Positions 9,523 through 17,932 of a stretch of DNA of 32,000 nt are shown piece by piece. Under the pieces are notes generated by a model, which worked only from the letters and a program-made list of their open reading frames with translations, did not search any database and was not told the DNA's origin. Within the stretch, counting starts at the first letter, position 1. Every line of letters starts with the position of its first letter. Source of the stretch: Planctopirus limnophila DSM 3776 (lineage in GTDB: Bacteria; Planctomycetota; Planctomycetia; Planctomycetales; Planctomycetaceae); NCBI RefSeq assembly GCF_000092105.1, contig NC_014148.1:60001-92000 (forward strand), in the 5' to 3' direction. The position numbers were made by a program, and so were the translations under genes.

Positions 9523-11595
9523 ATGAACACGCTCGACACAACGTTTCCTGCGACGAATGCTGCCGCATCACAAGCGCCGAGCGAAAAGTCGGTCGCGGTC
9601 GCATTTTCGCCAGCTCAAAGTTCCACGCCGGCTGGCAGTGAATCCCTTTCCTGGCTGGGAGTCCGCCCCAGTCACGCGGCAGGTTTTGTCCTGAGTGTGG
9701 CTTTTCATGCCTGGCTGCTCATGACGTTGTTTCGACTCGAGGTGATTTCACCATTCGAAATGATCTACAGTTCGATTGAAACCCGGTTTTCTGCCGAGGT
9801 CGAACCCCCCATCGTGCTGGAAGAGACACCTGTCTTCGAGCTCGCCAACCCGGACGATCGTGAGTTGCCTCAAGTCATGGCCATGAACAGTACGGCTGTC
9901 GGAAGAGCCATTGCCGATCGCCCCGAGCTGGCCGTCCCTGCCGAATTCCGCCAGCGGTTTGAACTCGCACCACCGGCTCCACCGATTATTGATATTCCCG
10001 AAGGTGTTGAACTGAGTGACACAATTGTCGTACCTGGAACAACCGGCCAGGCCATGGTTCAGTTGGATGCCGCACTCGATCGGATCACCTGGGAGATCGC
10101 TCAAAATCTCAAAGAGAAGAAAGTCCTCGTCGTCTGGGTGCTTGATGCTTCGGCCAGTATCGTCAAGCAGAGGCAACAGATTGCCAATCGCTTGAAACGC
10201 ATCTACAGCGAGCTGGATGCACTTGATGAGAAAGGTGAATTTGGCCGGGCGACACAACCACTGATCAGTGGCGTCGTGACCTTCGGAGCTTCGACGAACT
10301 TCATCACACCTCAGCCCACCGACAATGCCGATGATGTGACGCGGGCCATCGCTGAAGCACCGACAGACCCCAGTGGTGTTGAGAATACATTTACAGCCGT
10401 CTCTCAAGTTCTTTCACAGTGGGGAGACTATCGCCACACACAAAACCGGCGGCTGATGATTCTGGTCATCACCGACGAAGCGGGCGATGATCATGGCCCG
10501 CCGCTCGAGCTGGCGATCAGCCGATGCCGGAACTTTGGAGCGAAGGCCTATGTCGTCGGCCCGGCGGCACCTTTCGGGCGCCGGCAGGGCTTCGTCGATT
10601 ATGTCGCTCCGGAAGATGGAAAGACTTATCGCCTGCCAGTCGACCTCGGCCCGGAGACAGTGGTTGCCGAAGGGGTCGATCTTCCCTTCTGGTATGACGG
10701 GCCGCAGTACACCTATCTGAGCAGCGGCTTTGGCCCTTATGCGCTCACCAGGCTGGTTCATGAAACAGGTGGCATCTACTTCATGACGAACCTGACCACG
10801 ACTCAGTCGTTGTCGATCACCGGTGAGTTTGACAGCCAGAAGATGAAACCTTTCGAGCCTGAGTATCGCTACGGCACACCTCAAGACCTGCTGCGGGTCC
10901 TCTCGAAAAACCCGTTGCGAGCCAGTGTGGTGACGGCGGCCGAGTTCAGCCAGGCCACGAAGATTCGTTCACTCGGAACACCGCCCATGGAGTTTCGCGT
11001 GCAGCCGGGGAATTTCCGCCAGCAACTCACGCGGGCTCAGGAGTCGGTCGCGATTACTTCGGCAGCCATTGAACGGATCCTTGCCAACTATCCTCAGGGG
11101 ATGGAGCGGCAGGGAGCCGACAAGTTCCTGGCCCAGGAAAAGCATCCTCGCTGGCGCGTGGCGTTTATGCTGGGTTATGGCCGCTTACTGGCACAGAAGG
11201 CGAGAGCCTACGAATACAACTCGGCCTGTGCTCAACTGAAGACCAAAATGGGCGATGAAGACGTTGCCAAAAAGAGCAACCACTGGATCTTCCGCCCCGA
11301 GCCTGAATTGCAGTATGCGCCCATCTTCAAAAAGACGGCCGATCAGGCCAATAAACTCCTGCAGATGGTCATTGACGAAGCCCCGGGAACACCCTGGGCG
11401 CTTCTGGCTCAACGCGAGCTGCAGGATGGTTTTGGCATCCGCGTGGTGGAACGGTTTATTCCTCCACCGCCGCCCGTGACCGCCAGGCCACAGCCGCCGG
11501 CCCAGCCCAAACTTGCACCCAAGTTTGCACCGGAACCAAAGCCTCAGAAACCTGCACCACCACCACCGCCCAAACCCGTGTTGCCGAAGCTGTAA
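9523..11595 (+). CDS. von Willebrand factor A (vWA) domain membrane protein with Pro-rich C-terminus
   Basis: 690-aa ORF with GGGAGG upstream of the ATG. N-terminal TM helix (AAGFVLSVAFHAWLLMTLF). vWA/MIDAS pattern VLVVWVLDASASIV ... VVTFGASTN ... MILVITDEAGDD. The C-terminus reads PPPPPVTARPQPPAQPKLAPKFAPEPKPQKPAPPPPPKP. Confidence 0.75.
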   Translation: MNTLDTTFPATNAAASQAPSEKSVAVAFSPAQSSTPAGSESLSWLGVRPSHAAGFVLSVAFHAWLLMTLFRLEVISPFEMIYSSIETRFSAEVEPPIVLEETPVFELANPDDRELPQVMAMNSTAVGRAIADRPELAVPAEFRQRFELAPPAPPIIDIPEGVELSDTIVVPGTTGQAMVQLDAALDRITWEIAQNLKEKKVLVVWVLDASASIVKQRQQIANRLKRIYSELDALDEKGEFGRATQPLISGVVTFGASTNFITPQPTDNADDVTRAIAEAPTDPSGVENTFTAVSQVLSQWGDYRHTQNRRLMILVITDEAGDDHGPPLELAISRCRNFGAKAYVVGPAAPFGRRQGFVDYVAPEDGKTYRLPVDLGPETVVAEGVDLPFWYDGPQYTYLSSGFGPYALTRLVHETGGIYFMTNLTTTQSLSITGEFDSQKMKPFEPEYRYGTPQDLLRVLSKNPLRASVVTAAEFSQATKIRSLGTPPMEFRVQPGNFRQQLTRAQESVAITSAAIERILANYPQGMERQGADKFLAQEKHPRWRVAFMLGYGRLLAQKARAYEYNSACAQLKTKMGDEDVAKKSNHWIFRPEPELQYAPIFKKTADQANKLLQMVIDEAPGTPWALLAQRELQDGFGIRVVERFIPPPPPVTARPQPPAQPKLAPKFAPEPKPQKPAPPPPPKPVLPKL

Positions 11596-11637
11596 TACGA
11601 ACGCCAATATTCAACTGCGCTCCTTGGTAAAGGGTGG

Positions 11638-11705
11638 CTGGGGTTGAGCGTCTTCGAACCCCCAGTTCACCGAGAATCGCTGGGGGTTCGAAGACTCAAC
11701 CCCAG
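11638..11705. terminator. long palindromic hairpin between convergent genes (bidirectional terminator or REP-like element)
   Basis: Left arm 11638-11665 CTGGGGTTGAGCGTCTTCGAACCCCCAG, 14-nt loop, right arm 11680-11705 CTGGGGGTTCGAAGACTCAACCCCAG. By hand pairing this gives 26 bp with a 2-nt bulge. Confidence 0.6.
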
Positions 11706-11815
11706 TCACCCGCCTCGCAGTTGTTTATTAGAATCCGTATTTCAAACAACTTGGCGGCATAGCCCATCAAGGGTGGCCGGGCCAACTTGTGGCCTGGTTG
11801 TCGTGATCGAGAGAT

Positions 11816-12415
11816 TCACGCGTCAATCACGCCAGCCAGCTTCAAAAAATTCTTGAGCAGGTCGATCCCACCCTGTGTGAGAAAACTTTCGGGGTGAAAC
11901 TGCACACCATGAATTGGGTAGGTTTTGTGTCTTAGGCCCATGACCTCGCGTGGATGACCTGGGTCTTCCACCCAGGCAGTCACTTCCAGATCGGTACTTA
12001 ACGTCGCTTCTGGCACAATCAGGCTGTGGTAGCGCGTGCAGGTCATTGGAGTGGGTAAGCCCGCGAACAATCCCTCCCCTTTGTGATGCACATGCGAAAG
12101 TTTGCCATGCATCAATCGAGGAGCGCGAACCACCTCGGAATCGAACACCTGGGCAATCGATTGATGTCCCAGGCACACTCCCAGAGTGGGAATGATCGGC
12201 CCTAACGTTCGAATCAATTCCATCGAGATACCGGCTTCAGTCGGCGAGCAGGGGCCCGGCGAAACGACAATGGCCCGGGGTTTGAGATCAGCCACCTGCG
12301 CGACTGTAATCTCATTGTTCCGCACCACCTGCAGATCAATCTGGGGATCAATTTCGCCAAACCGTTGTACCAGGTTGTAGGTGAATGAATCGTAGTTATC
12401 GAGGACAAAGAGCAT
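11816..12415 (-). CDS. trpG: anthranilate/aminodeoxychorismate synthase component II (glutamine amidotransferase)
   Basis: ORF 11816..12421. Motifs: LDNYDSFTYNLVQ, catalytic GVCLGHQS, HGVQFHPES. AGAGGA directly abuts the first ATG but is well spaced for the second ATG at 12415. No trpE, pabB or trpD is adjacent, so trpG versus pabA cannot be resolved. Confidence 0.9.
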   Translation of the reverse strand: MLFVLDNYDSFTYNLVQRFGEIDPQIDLQVVRNNEITVAQVADLKPRAIVVSPGPCSPTEAGISMELIRTLGPIIPTLGVCLGHQSIAQVFDSEVVRAPRLMHGKLSHVHHKGEGLFAGLPTPMTCTRYHSLIVPEATLSTDLEVTAWVEDPGHPREVMGLRHKTYPIHGVQFHPESFLTQGGIDLLKNFLKLAGVIDA

Positions 12416-12649
12416 GCACATTCCTCTGGCTGGTACCGGTCTGAAATCTCCACGGCCTGCCCAACAATCGTCAAAAACAAGGCTCTGTTACTGTAGCGAG
12501 GGAGTTTCAAGACGGGTACTGTCTGGAACGTCCCGTTCTTGAGAGCAATCTAGGGACACAAGTCGGCACACTCGGGTTCTTTGGAAATCGCGTGCCGATC
12601 ACCATCCTTTGTTTCGGTCATCAATTTTTGATCAGCAGAATCGATCATC

Positions 12650-12874
12650 ATGCCTATGCCCATTCTCACTTTAGATCAATTCCTGAAACAGCAGGGCTGG
12701 GTCGCGACAGGTGGCCATGCCAAGCTCGTGATTCAGGAAGGGGAAGTGATCGTGAATGGCGAGGTCGATCTCCGCCGCGGTCGCAAAATGCGGGTGGGCG
12801 ATGTTGTCGAATGGAATGGCGAGCGGGCCGAAGTTCCTGAAGGTTCTGGGGCTTTGCCTCCCCTCGGAGCTTAA
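12650..12874 (+). CDS. ybcJ: S4-like RNA-binding ribosome-associated protein (YbcJ family)
   Basis: 74-aa ORF. LTLDQFLKQQGWVATGGHAKLVIQEGEVIVNGEVDLRRGRKMRVGDVVEWNG matches the YbcJ pattern (L..LLK..G...SGG.AK..I..G.V.VNG....RR..K...GD.V). Confidence 0.8.
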   Translation: MPMPILTLDQFLKQQGWVATGGHAKLVIQEGEVIVNGEVDLRRGRKMRVGDVVEWNGERAEVPEGSGALPPLGA

Positions 12875-13007
12875 CGCGAATTGCACGTTGAAATACTGCG
12901 TTATAGGTCGCTAAGACAGGCTTGCCCAGAGCTGCAAGCATGGCACACAGCAGGTGAGCATGCCCATAGAGTCCACCAAAAACAGGGTACGGTCAGTACA
13001 AAGACAA

Positions 13008-13038
13008 GCCGCTGCTCGATCTATCGATCGGCAGCGGC
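13008..13038 (-). terminator. intrinsic terminator for the HU gene
   Basis: GCCGCTGCTCGATC / GATCGGCAGCGGC forms a 13-bp stem with one bulged T and loop TATC. On the minus strand it is followed by TTGTCTTTGTAC. It lies about 110 nt after the HU stop. Confidence 0.5.
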
Positions 13039-13145
13039 AAAGATCGTCGAGTTGGTCTTAGTCTCTCAGAATCTCATCCATCAATGGACAGGGATTCATG
13101 GCCGAGGCTTGCGACCTGCGAAAGCCAAGCTTTGGACGGTCTGAA

Positions 13146-13466
13146 TTAGACCATGTCCTTCAGGCTCTTGAGAGCACGAATCTTGACGGTGTTGCGGGCT
13201 GGCTTGGCCTTCACGACCATCATTTCGCCAGGCTTGAAGGGGTTAGCACGCTGTGTGGCCTTCGTGGCTGGCTTACGAACCACCTGAATCTTGAGCAGGC
13301 CAGGAACTGCGAAGACGCCAGGGCCCTTCTTGCCGACCTGCTTGCTGATGAGATCGTTCAGGGCGGTGAAGACAGCCTGTACATCCTTCTTGGAGAGCGA
13401 AGTCGATTCCGCAATCGCTGCGAAAATATCGGTCTTGGACAGGGGCTTTTTGTCTTCGGTTGTCAT
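13146..13466 (-). CDS. hup: HU family DNA-binding protein
   Basis: ORF 13146..13517. I place the start at ATG 13466 (MTTEDKKPLSKTDIFAAIAE...), which is preceded by AGGAGA. HU pattern: SKKDVQAVFTALNDLISKQV, and an arm RKPATKATQRANPFKPGEMMVVKAKP with the conserved Pro. Confidence 0.9.
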   Translation of the reverse strand: MTTEDKKPLSKTDIFAAIAESTSLSKKDVQAVFTALNDLISKQVGKKGPGVFAVPGLLKIQVVRKPATKATQRANPFKPGEMMVVKAKPARNTVKIRALKSLKDMV

Positions 13467-13923
13467 TCGATTCTCCTGATGGCAGTCAGATCTGAAAATG
13501 CCAGTCGAACTCCGCAATTGATACTGACGTTTTGGTCAGACCAGATTTTTGGCGAGCAATTGGCTGTGATGAGAGGATAAACCATATCCTCGAACGAAAG
13601 GTATCTAACTGCTGTGAAAATTGAATGTCAATGACGCCCCGACTCAAAAACCCCTGTTTTTCAGGAGTTTTCTGGATTTCGGGGCTGATGACGCCCGTTC
13701 AGCCCCCATTTGACCGCAGAAAACCTGAATTCAAACCCCGGAAACTCCCCAGTTTCATCCTCTGTGCGAGCGACGAAAATTCCGTTATGCTCTGCTCATG
13801 AGGCCATTTTCCCCAAGAAAAGGCTCGCTCGATTCCTCCGATTCCCACCTTTGCCATTGAAGATTCGTCCGCAAACAATCTTCAGGGATGGCCCTAATTC
13901 CACTGAATGAAGAGAACTAACGG

Positions 13924-14706
13924 ATGGCCGACTTTCTGATCCGCACAGGCTCATCGACCGGCCGCAAGCTGAGTCTTCCTGCCCGGGAATTGATTGTTGG
14001 CCGTGATGATAAAGCGGATATTCGCCTTAATTCTTCGCTGGTCAGCCGCAGGCATTGCCGCATTCTCCCCGGAACCATCCTCAGGCCCGGCGTTGAAACC
14101 GTGATTGTCGAAGACCTCAAGAGTCAGAATGGCACTTTCGTCAATGAAGTTCCGATTTCTACACCGACAACATTAGAACCCGGCGACCGACTGCGGATTG
14201 GTGCCATGATCTTCGAGCTTGCTGGTGCTGACTCGACAGGTTCACGAGCTTCGACCACTGATCCTGTCGCTGCACGCACAGGGTTTGCTCGTCCTCCAGC
14301 GACTGCTGCCCCTTCGGAATCTGATATTACAGACTGGCTGTCTCTACCAGCCGGACAAAAGCAGGGCGAGTTCGGAGCCTCGTCGAATCGTTACGGTCTT
14401 GATCTTCCCGGTCTTGATCTTCACGGGCAGGATCCTTCGGGAAAAGATCTTTCGGGTCAGGATACCGCCGAGATTGGTTTTGAAGTTCTTGATGCGGTTC
14501 GAAAAAGTCTCGAAGCGAAGTCATCCTCCTCATTACGGGATGATGCAGAGATTTCTTCCGTCACCACCGCACCAGCCAGTGATGACTCGCCACAACTGGT
14601 TCCTGCTGCACTCTCAGGCGAGGCCGCTCTGCCGCCCAAAGAATGGACATCGCAGGCGGCAAGAATCATTCAGCAGTATTGGAAAAACACCACTCCTGGC
14701 TCTTGA
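13924..14706 (+). CDS. FHA domain-containing protein with disordered acidic C-terminal half
   Basis: 260-aa ORF. FHA core: LIVGRDDKADIRLNSSLVSRRHCRI...VIVEDLKSQNGTFVNEVPI...LEPGDRLRIGAMIFEL. The C-terminal half is Ser/Asp/Ala-rich and contains pentapeptide repeats. Confidence 0.85.
   Translation: MADFLIRTGSSTGRKLSLPARELIVGRDDKADIRLNSSLVSRRHCRILPGTILRPGVETVIVEDLKSQNGTFVNEVPISTPTTLEPGDRLRIGAMIFELAGADSTGSRASTTDPVAARTGFARPPATAAPSESDITDWLSLPAGQKQGEFGASSNRYGLDLPGLDLHGQDPSGKDLSGQDTAEIGFEVLDAVRKSLEAKSSSSLRDDAEISSVTTAPASDDSPQLVPAALSGEAALPPKEWTSQAARIIQQYWKNTTPGS
14395..14469 (+). repeat. five tandem imperfect 15-nt repeats, codon-aligned inside the FHA gene
   Basis: Units: ggtcttgatcttccc / ggtcttgatcttcac / gggcaggatccttcg / ggaaaagatctttcg / ggtcaggataccgcc. 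They are in frame and encode GLDLP GLDLH GQDPS GKDLS GQDTA. Confidence 0.8.
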
Positions 14707-14829
14707 GCAGGCATTATTTGAAATGAGCAGTGTATTGTTGAGGATCTCTTAACGATGCGACTCATGGGCTGATCACAGGTTCTCTGGCTCGTCGATTCAC
14801 ATTCGATTCTGTAGGAATTTCAGGCGTTC

Positions 14830-15477
14830 ATGCGAATTATCTCTGGTCGATTTCGTCGGCGAACATTGCAGGCCAATCCGGGAAACACGACGCGACCCAT
14901 TACCGATCGTGCCAAGGTCATTCTTTTCGACAACATCGAGAGGTTTTTCAAGGGCCAGCGTGTCCTGGATATCTTCTGTGGCACGGGTTCTCTGGGTCTG
15001 GAAGCACTGAGCCGAGGAGCGGATACCTGTGTTTTCATCGAGCAGGATCACCGGGCATTTGAACTGCTCAAGGCCAATATTGCCCATGTCGGTGCGACAG
15101 AGATCGCTGTCCCCTGGCGTGTGAGTGCGCTCAAGTCGTCACTGAAACCGAGAGGGACGGATTGGTACCCTTACGGGTTGGTATTTTTTGACCCTCCGTA
15201 CGTCATGCTCAAGGATGTTCGCCCTGGCGAACCACTCTACCGCATGTTTCTGCGACTGGCTCGACCAGATATCACCACCGAGGATGTGCTCGTGGTCTTA
15301 CGCGGGCCAGAAGGTGCAGAGTACACGCTTCCCGACTGCTGGCAGATTGAACGGAATATGAAAGTGGGGAGTATGGAACTGGCACTCATCCGCAAAGCTT
15401 ACGCGACGCCGCTTCCTGAGAACCAGACGGATGAAGACTCGGGAGTTGAAAATGACGAACCGCAGGCAGGAAATTGA
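14830..15477 (+). CDS. rsmD: 16S rRNA (guanine966-N2)-methyltransferase
   Basis: 215-aa ORF. Motifs: MRIISGRFRRRTL, TRPITDRAKVILFDNI, VLDIFCGTGSLGLEALSRGA, VFFDPPY. It has an acidic C-terminal extension. Confidence 0.88.
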   Translation: MRIISGRFRRRTLQANPGNTTRPITDRAKVILFDNIERFFKGQRVLDIFCGTGSLGLEALSRGADTCVFIEQDHRAFELLKANIAHVGATEIAVPWRVSALKSSLKPRGTDWYPYGLVFFDPPYVMLKDVRPGEPLYRMFLRLARPDITTEDVLVVLRGPEGAEYTLPDCWQIERNMKVGSMELALIRKAYATPLPENQTDEDSGVENDEPQAGN

Positions 15478-15500
15478 ACGGGATGGGCTGCAGGCCCACA

Positions 15501-15788
15501 TCACTTGCGAATGATATCCGGGCCATCCCCACAGGTCTTTTCGTAGCCGTTTTTCCCTTTGACGTACTTGGTGAAACCCATCTTGTCGAGATTTCGGTCG
15601 GAGAGCTTTGTCGAATCGGACTGAGCACTCCAGGGTCGCGAGATGGCAGCCGATGTCAGGCAGCGGCGCACGGGGACACCTGTCTCGGGATGCACTTCCA
15701 AAACTGGTGCTGAAATCGACTGCAGAATCTCAAAGCGGTCACCACCCGAGCCATCCGGCAGCACTTCTTCATACACATAAAGTGGCAT
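15501..15788 (-). CDS. FmdB-family-like small protein lacking the zinc-ribbon cysteines
   Basis: ORF 15501..15815. I place the start at ATG 15788 (MPLYVYEEV...), with GGGAG upstream. It has the FmdB-like N-terminus MPxYxY, but the CxxC pairs are replaced (EEVLPDG ... HPETG). Confidence 0.65.
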   Translation of the reverse strand: MPLYVYEEVLPDGSGGDRFEILQSISAPVLEVHPETGVPVRRCLTSAAISRPWSAQSDSTKLSDRNLDKMGFTKYVKGKNGYEKTCGDGPDIIRK

Positions 15789-15854
15789 GATCCAGCTCCC
15801 TTTACCGGGAAACAACCAGTCAATATCTGACGAAGAGGCTCTGCTTAATCAAAA

Positions 15855-16781
15855 TCAGGCCAGGTCGCGATCTTCAAACAAGATGAATGCGAGCAGAATA
15901 CTGGCAGCAATGTAGCACAGGGCGTAGAGCGTGGCAGTTGCCAGGTAAATCGGTGGCACCATCGTTCCCGTAGAAATCGCTGTGCTCATGTTGAACCATT
16001 CGAGTCCTGGGAGCACAATTGAAATCAACTTGGCCATGAAGGCCACAAACTCAAACTTGATTGCTCCGGCCTGGACGAGCTGCGGGGTCAGGTTGCCGAT
16101 CACATAGATCGGGAAGCAGATCGCCATGTTGACCACAAAGGGCAACCGGGTCGAGATCGCCACGCTGATTGCCCCCAGAATGGCAACTTCCAGGAAGGTC
16201 AGTACCAGTCCAGGGAACATCTGAATGACATCTGGCAGACGCTGGAGTGCTGTTGGAATCTCTTTGCTCGATTCACGGGCATCATACCCAACTTTGTAGA
16301 AAATCAGCAGCCCGAAGACGATCGAAACTGGAATCATGTAGAGCAGCACGGTCTGCAGAATGCCAATGTATTTGCCGAGGATGAACTGCCTGCGAGTGAT
16401 CGGCTTGGAAAGCAGTGTCATCGCGGTTTTGCCTTCAATTTCGTCAGCAATACTGGTGCTGGCTGTCCACGTCGCAATGAGCAGGCCGCAAATCAGAATG
16501 GTGGTGAGCCCGCATTCCTTGAGCATCTTGAGATCTTCACCCAGCGAAAAGAACGGCAGCCAGGTGTTGATCAATAGAAACACAATTGTCGCTGTGACCG
16601 AAAGCCAGAAGACGGGTTGCCGCACGGCTTCCTTTGTCGTGGCACGGGCAATGATCCCGCCTTTCGTGCCATACGAATAAGCCAGCAGCCCCCCGATAAC
16701 AATCAGGGTTCCAATGCCAAACAGCGCCCAGTTACCCAACTGGTTTGCCAGCTCGATGCTTGAAGCGGCCATTAACACCAT
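15855..16781 (-). CDS. ABC-2 type transporter permease
   Basis: 308-aa ORF with about 6 hydrophobic helices. ABC-2 signature-like segment: IADEIEGKTAMTLLSKPITRRQFILGKYIG. No ATPase gene is adjacent. Confidence 0.75.
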   Translation of the reverse strand: MVLMAASSIELANQLGNWALFGIGTLIVIGGLLAYSYGTKGGIIARATTKEAVRQPVFWLSVTATIVFLLINTWLPFFSLGEDLKMLKECGLTTILICGLLIATWTASTSIADEIEGKTAMTLLSKPITRRQFILGKYIGILQTVLLYMIPVSIVFGLLIFYKVGYDARESSKEIPTALQRLPDVIQMFPGLVLTFLEVAILGAISVAISTRLPFVVNMAICFPIYVIGNLTPQLVQAGAIKFEFVAFMAKLISIVLPGLEWFNMSTAISTGTMVPPIYLATATLYALCYIAASILLAFILFEDRDLA

Positions 16782-17069
16782 GAGAATCCTCGAATATCAA
16801 CCGCTGAAATCTATCGGAATCACAACTCAGCCAAGGACGACCTCGAGATCCTACCCGATCAAAGGGAGAACTTTCGAGCAGATCGCCATGACCCTTCTGT
16901 AACGGGAAATCACAGGAACAAGGAACTACAGCTACACATGATACGACAGCCAGTGACTGAATGCTGGTCTGCCGTAAGAAAAGACCTTAACAAATGCGTT
17001 TCCAGGTTCCCTTTGCCGTCGTTTTCCGAAAAAAATGCCAAACACAAAAGCCCGCATATTGACGCATGT

Positions 17070-17762
17070 TCATGTGTGAAATGCAGAAATCGTCTTCTGC
17101 AAGATCCATTCCCCAGTGATGACCAGTGCCAGGAGCGGGATTCCCCAACTTATACACCGCGCGAGCCATGGCTCCTGCCAGGGCTGTCTCACCAAAGAAC
17201 TCCCGCTCAGCGAGAGGATGCGATACGGAATCTGCAGGATCAGCACGAAAGCCGCGAGCCAGCCCCAGTGATGCCGTTTAAATCCCGCCAACCACTGGCC
17301 TTGCAAAGTTTTGATTGTGGAGCGAGTCAGACCACAACCAGGACAATCTATATCGAATAATCGCCGGGACATGCAGGCGTGCGGAAATGGCCAGTAAAAC
17401 TGGCCGTCCGTCGTGTTGACGACATCGGGTACGATCGTACTCAACCCTGCAGGAATCCAGACAAGCAATCGATCCTGCAGGTGTGGTTGGGGATTTTGCA
17501 GCGCGAGATCTTCGCTGGCAATCAACCACGGGGCGAGGAGCAGCGCCCCCACAGCCAGGATCAGCAGTATCCAGTCGGAAAGTCGGCGGTGTCGCCTCAC
17601 TGGCGAAAACTGGTGATTATGATGCCGCGAAGTCTCGTTCGATTTGAGAGAAAGTGAGCCTTGTGAATTCTTCTGATCGGCGTGCTCGGTATGGCGATGC
17701 TCTACACCAGTTTCCGGAGTATGTCCGGAAGTATCTGCATGAACAGGTAGGTGAGATTCCAT
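17070..17762 (-). CDS. DUF2752 domain-containing membrane protein (start uncertain)
   Basis: Track ORF 17070..17882 (TTG start). The DUF2752 hallmark CPGCGLTRS is followed by TM helices. Candidate starts are TTG 17882, ATG 17762 and GTG 17600. The region upstream of 17702 conflicts with another ORF in a different frame. Confidence 0.72.
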   Translation of the reverse strand: MESHLPVHADTSGHTPETGVEHRHTEHADQKNSQGSLSLKSNETSRHHNHQFSPVRRHRRLSDWILLILAVGALLLAPWLIASEDLALQNPQPHLQDRLLVWIPAGLSTIVPDVVNTTDGQFYWPFPHACMSRRLFDIDCPGCGLTRSTIKTLQGQWLAGFKRHHWGWLAAFVLILQIPYRILSLSGSSLVRQPWQEPWLARCISWGIPLLALVITGEWILQKTISAFHT

Positions 17763-17932
17763 ACCAGAGCCATTCCCAAGCTTAAGCCGATCATCGACAG
17801 GCCACTTTTCCATTGTCCCAGGGCACAGCGCGAGGCACCAATCAAAATTCCACCCAGTTGGCAGAAAAGACAAATCAGCCAATCACCGGTTGAGAGTCGA
17901 GAACTGTTGGAATCGGCAGAAGTGGGATCCAT
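17702..17932 (-). CDS. hypothetical 76-aa two-TM membrane protein, start overlapping the larB stop
   Basis: The ATG at 17932-17930 shares one base with the larB TGA (TGATG). There are two hydrophobic segments (WLICLFCQLGGILIGA; LSMIGLSLGMALVWNLTYLF). Hand-counted GC3 is 43/76, against 25/61 for the competing frame. It competes with the 5' end of the DUF2752 ORF. Confidence 0.4.
   Translation of the reverse strand: MDPTSADSNSSRLSTGDWLICLFCQLGGILIGASRCALGQWKSGLSMIGLSLGMALVWNLTYLFMQILPDILRKLV

Noticed and set aside
9748-10407. A 219-aa ORF antisense to the vWA gene. Other long shadow ORFs are 20755..21444(+), 24065..24721(+), 1529..2161(+), 5033..5635(+) and 2916..3410(+).
   Set aside because: All lie entirely inside genes with strong family motifs, either antisense or in another frame. 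All have Arg/Cys/His-rich, non-protein-like composition.
11680-11700. GGGGGTTCGAAG, a tRNA T-loop-like string.
   Set aside because: It is the right arm of the 26-bp palindrome. There are no acceptor, D or anticodon arms around it. I saw no cloverleaf-compatible sequence in any intergenic gap.
12540-12575. The imperfect inverted repeat CAAGACGGGTAC...GTCCCGTTCTTG upstream of trpG, considered as a possible trp attenuator.
   Set aside because: The arms need two indels to pair. I found no leader peptide with Trp codons and no T-box or TRAP-type (GAG/TAG repeat) features.
13681-13706. GGGGCTGA..., which resembles the conserved 5' end of tmRNA.
   Set aside because: It simply pairs with TCAGCCCC 10 nt downstream to form a local hairpin. 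There is no T-arm or acceptor 3' partner ending in CCA, no tag reading frame and no pseudoknot-sized space before the FHA gene.
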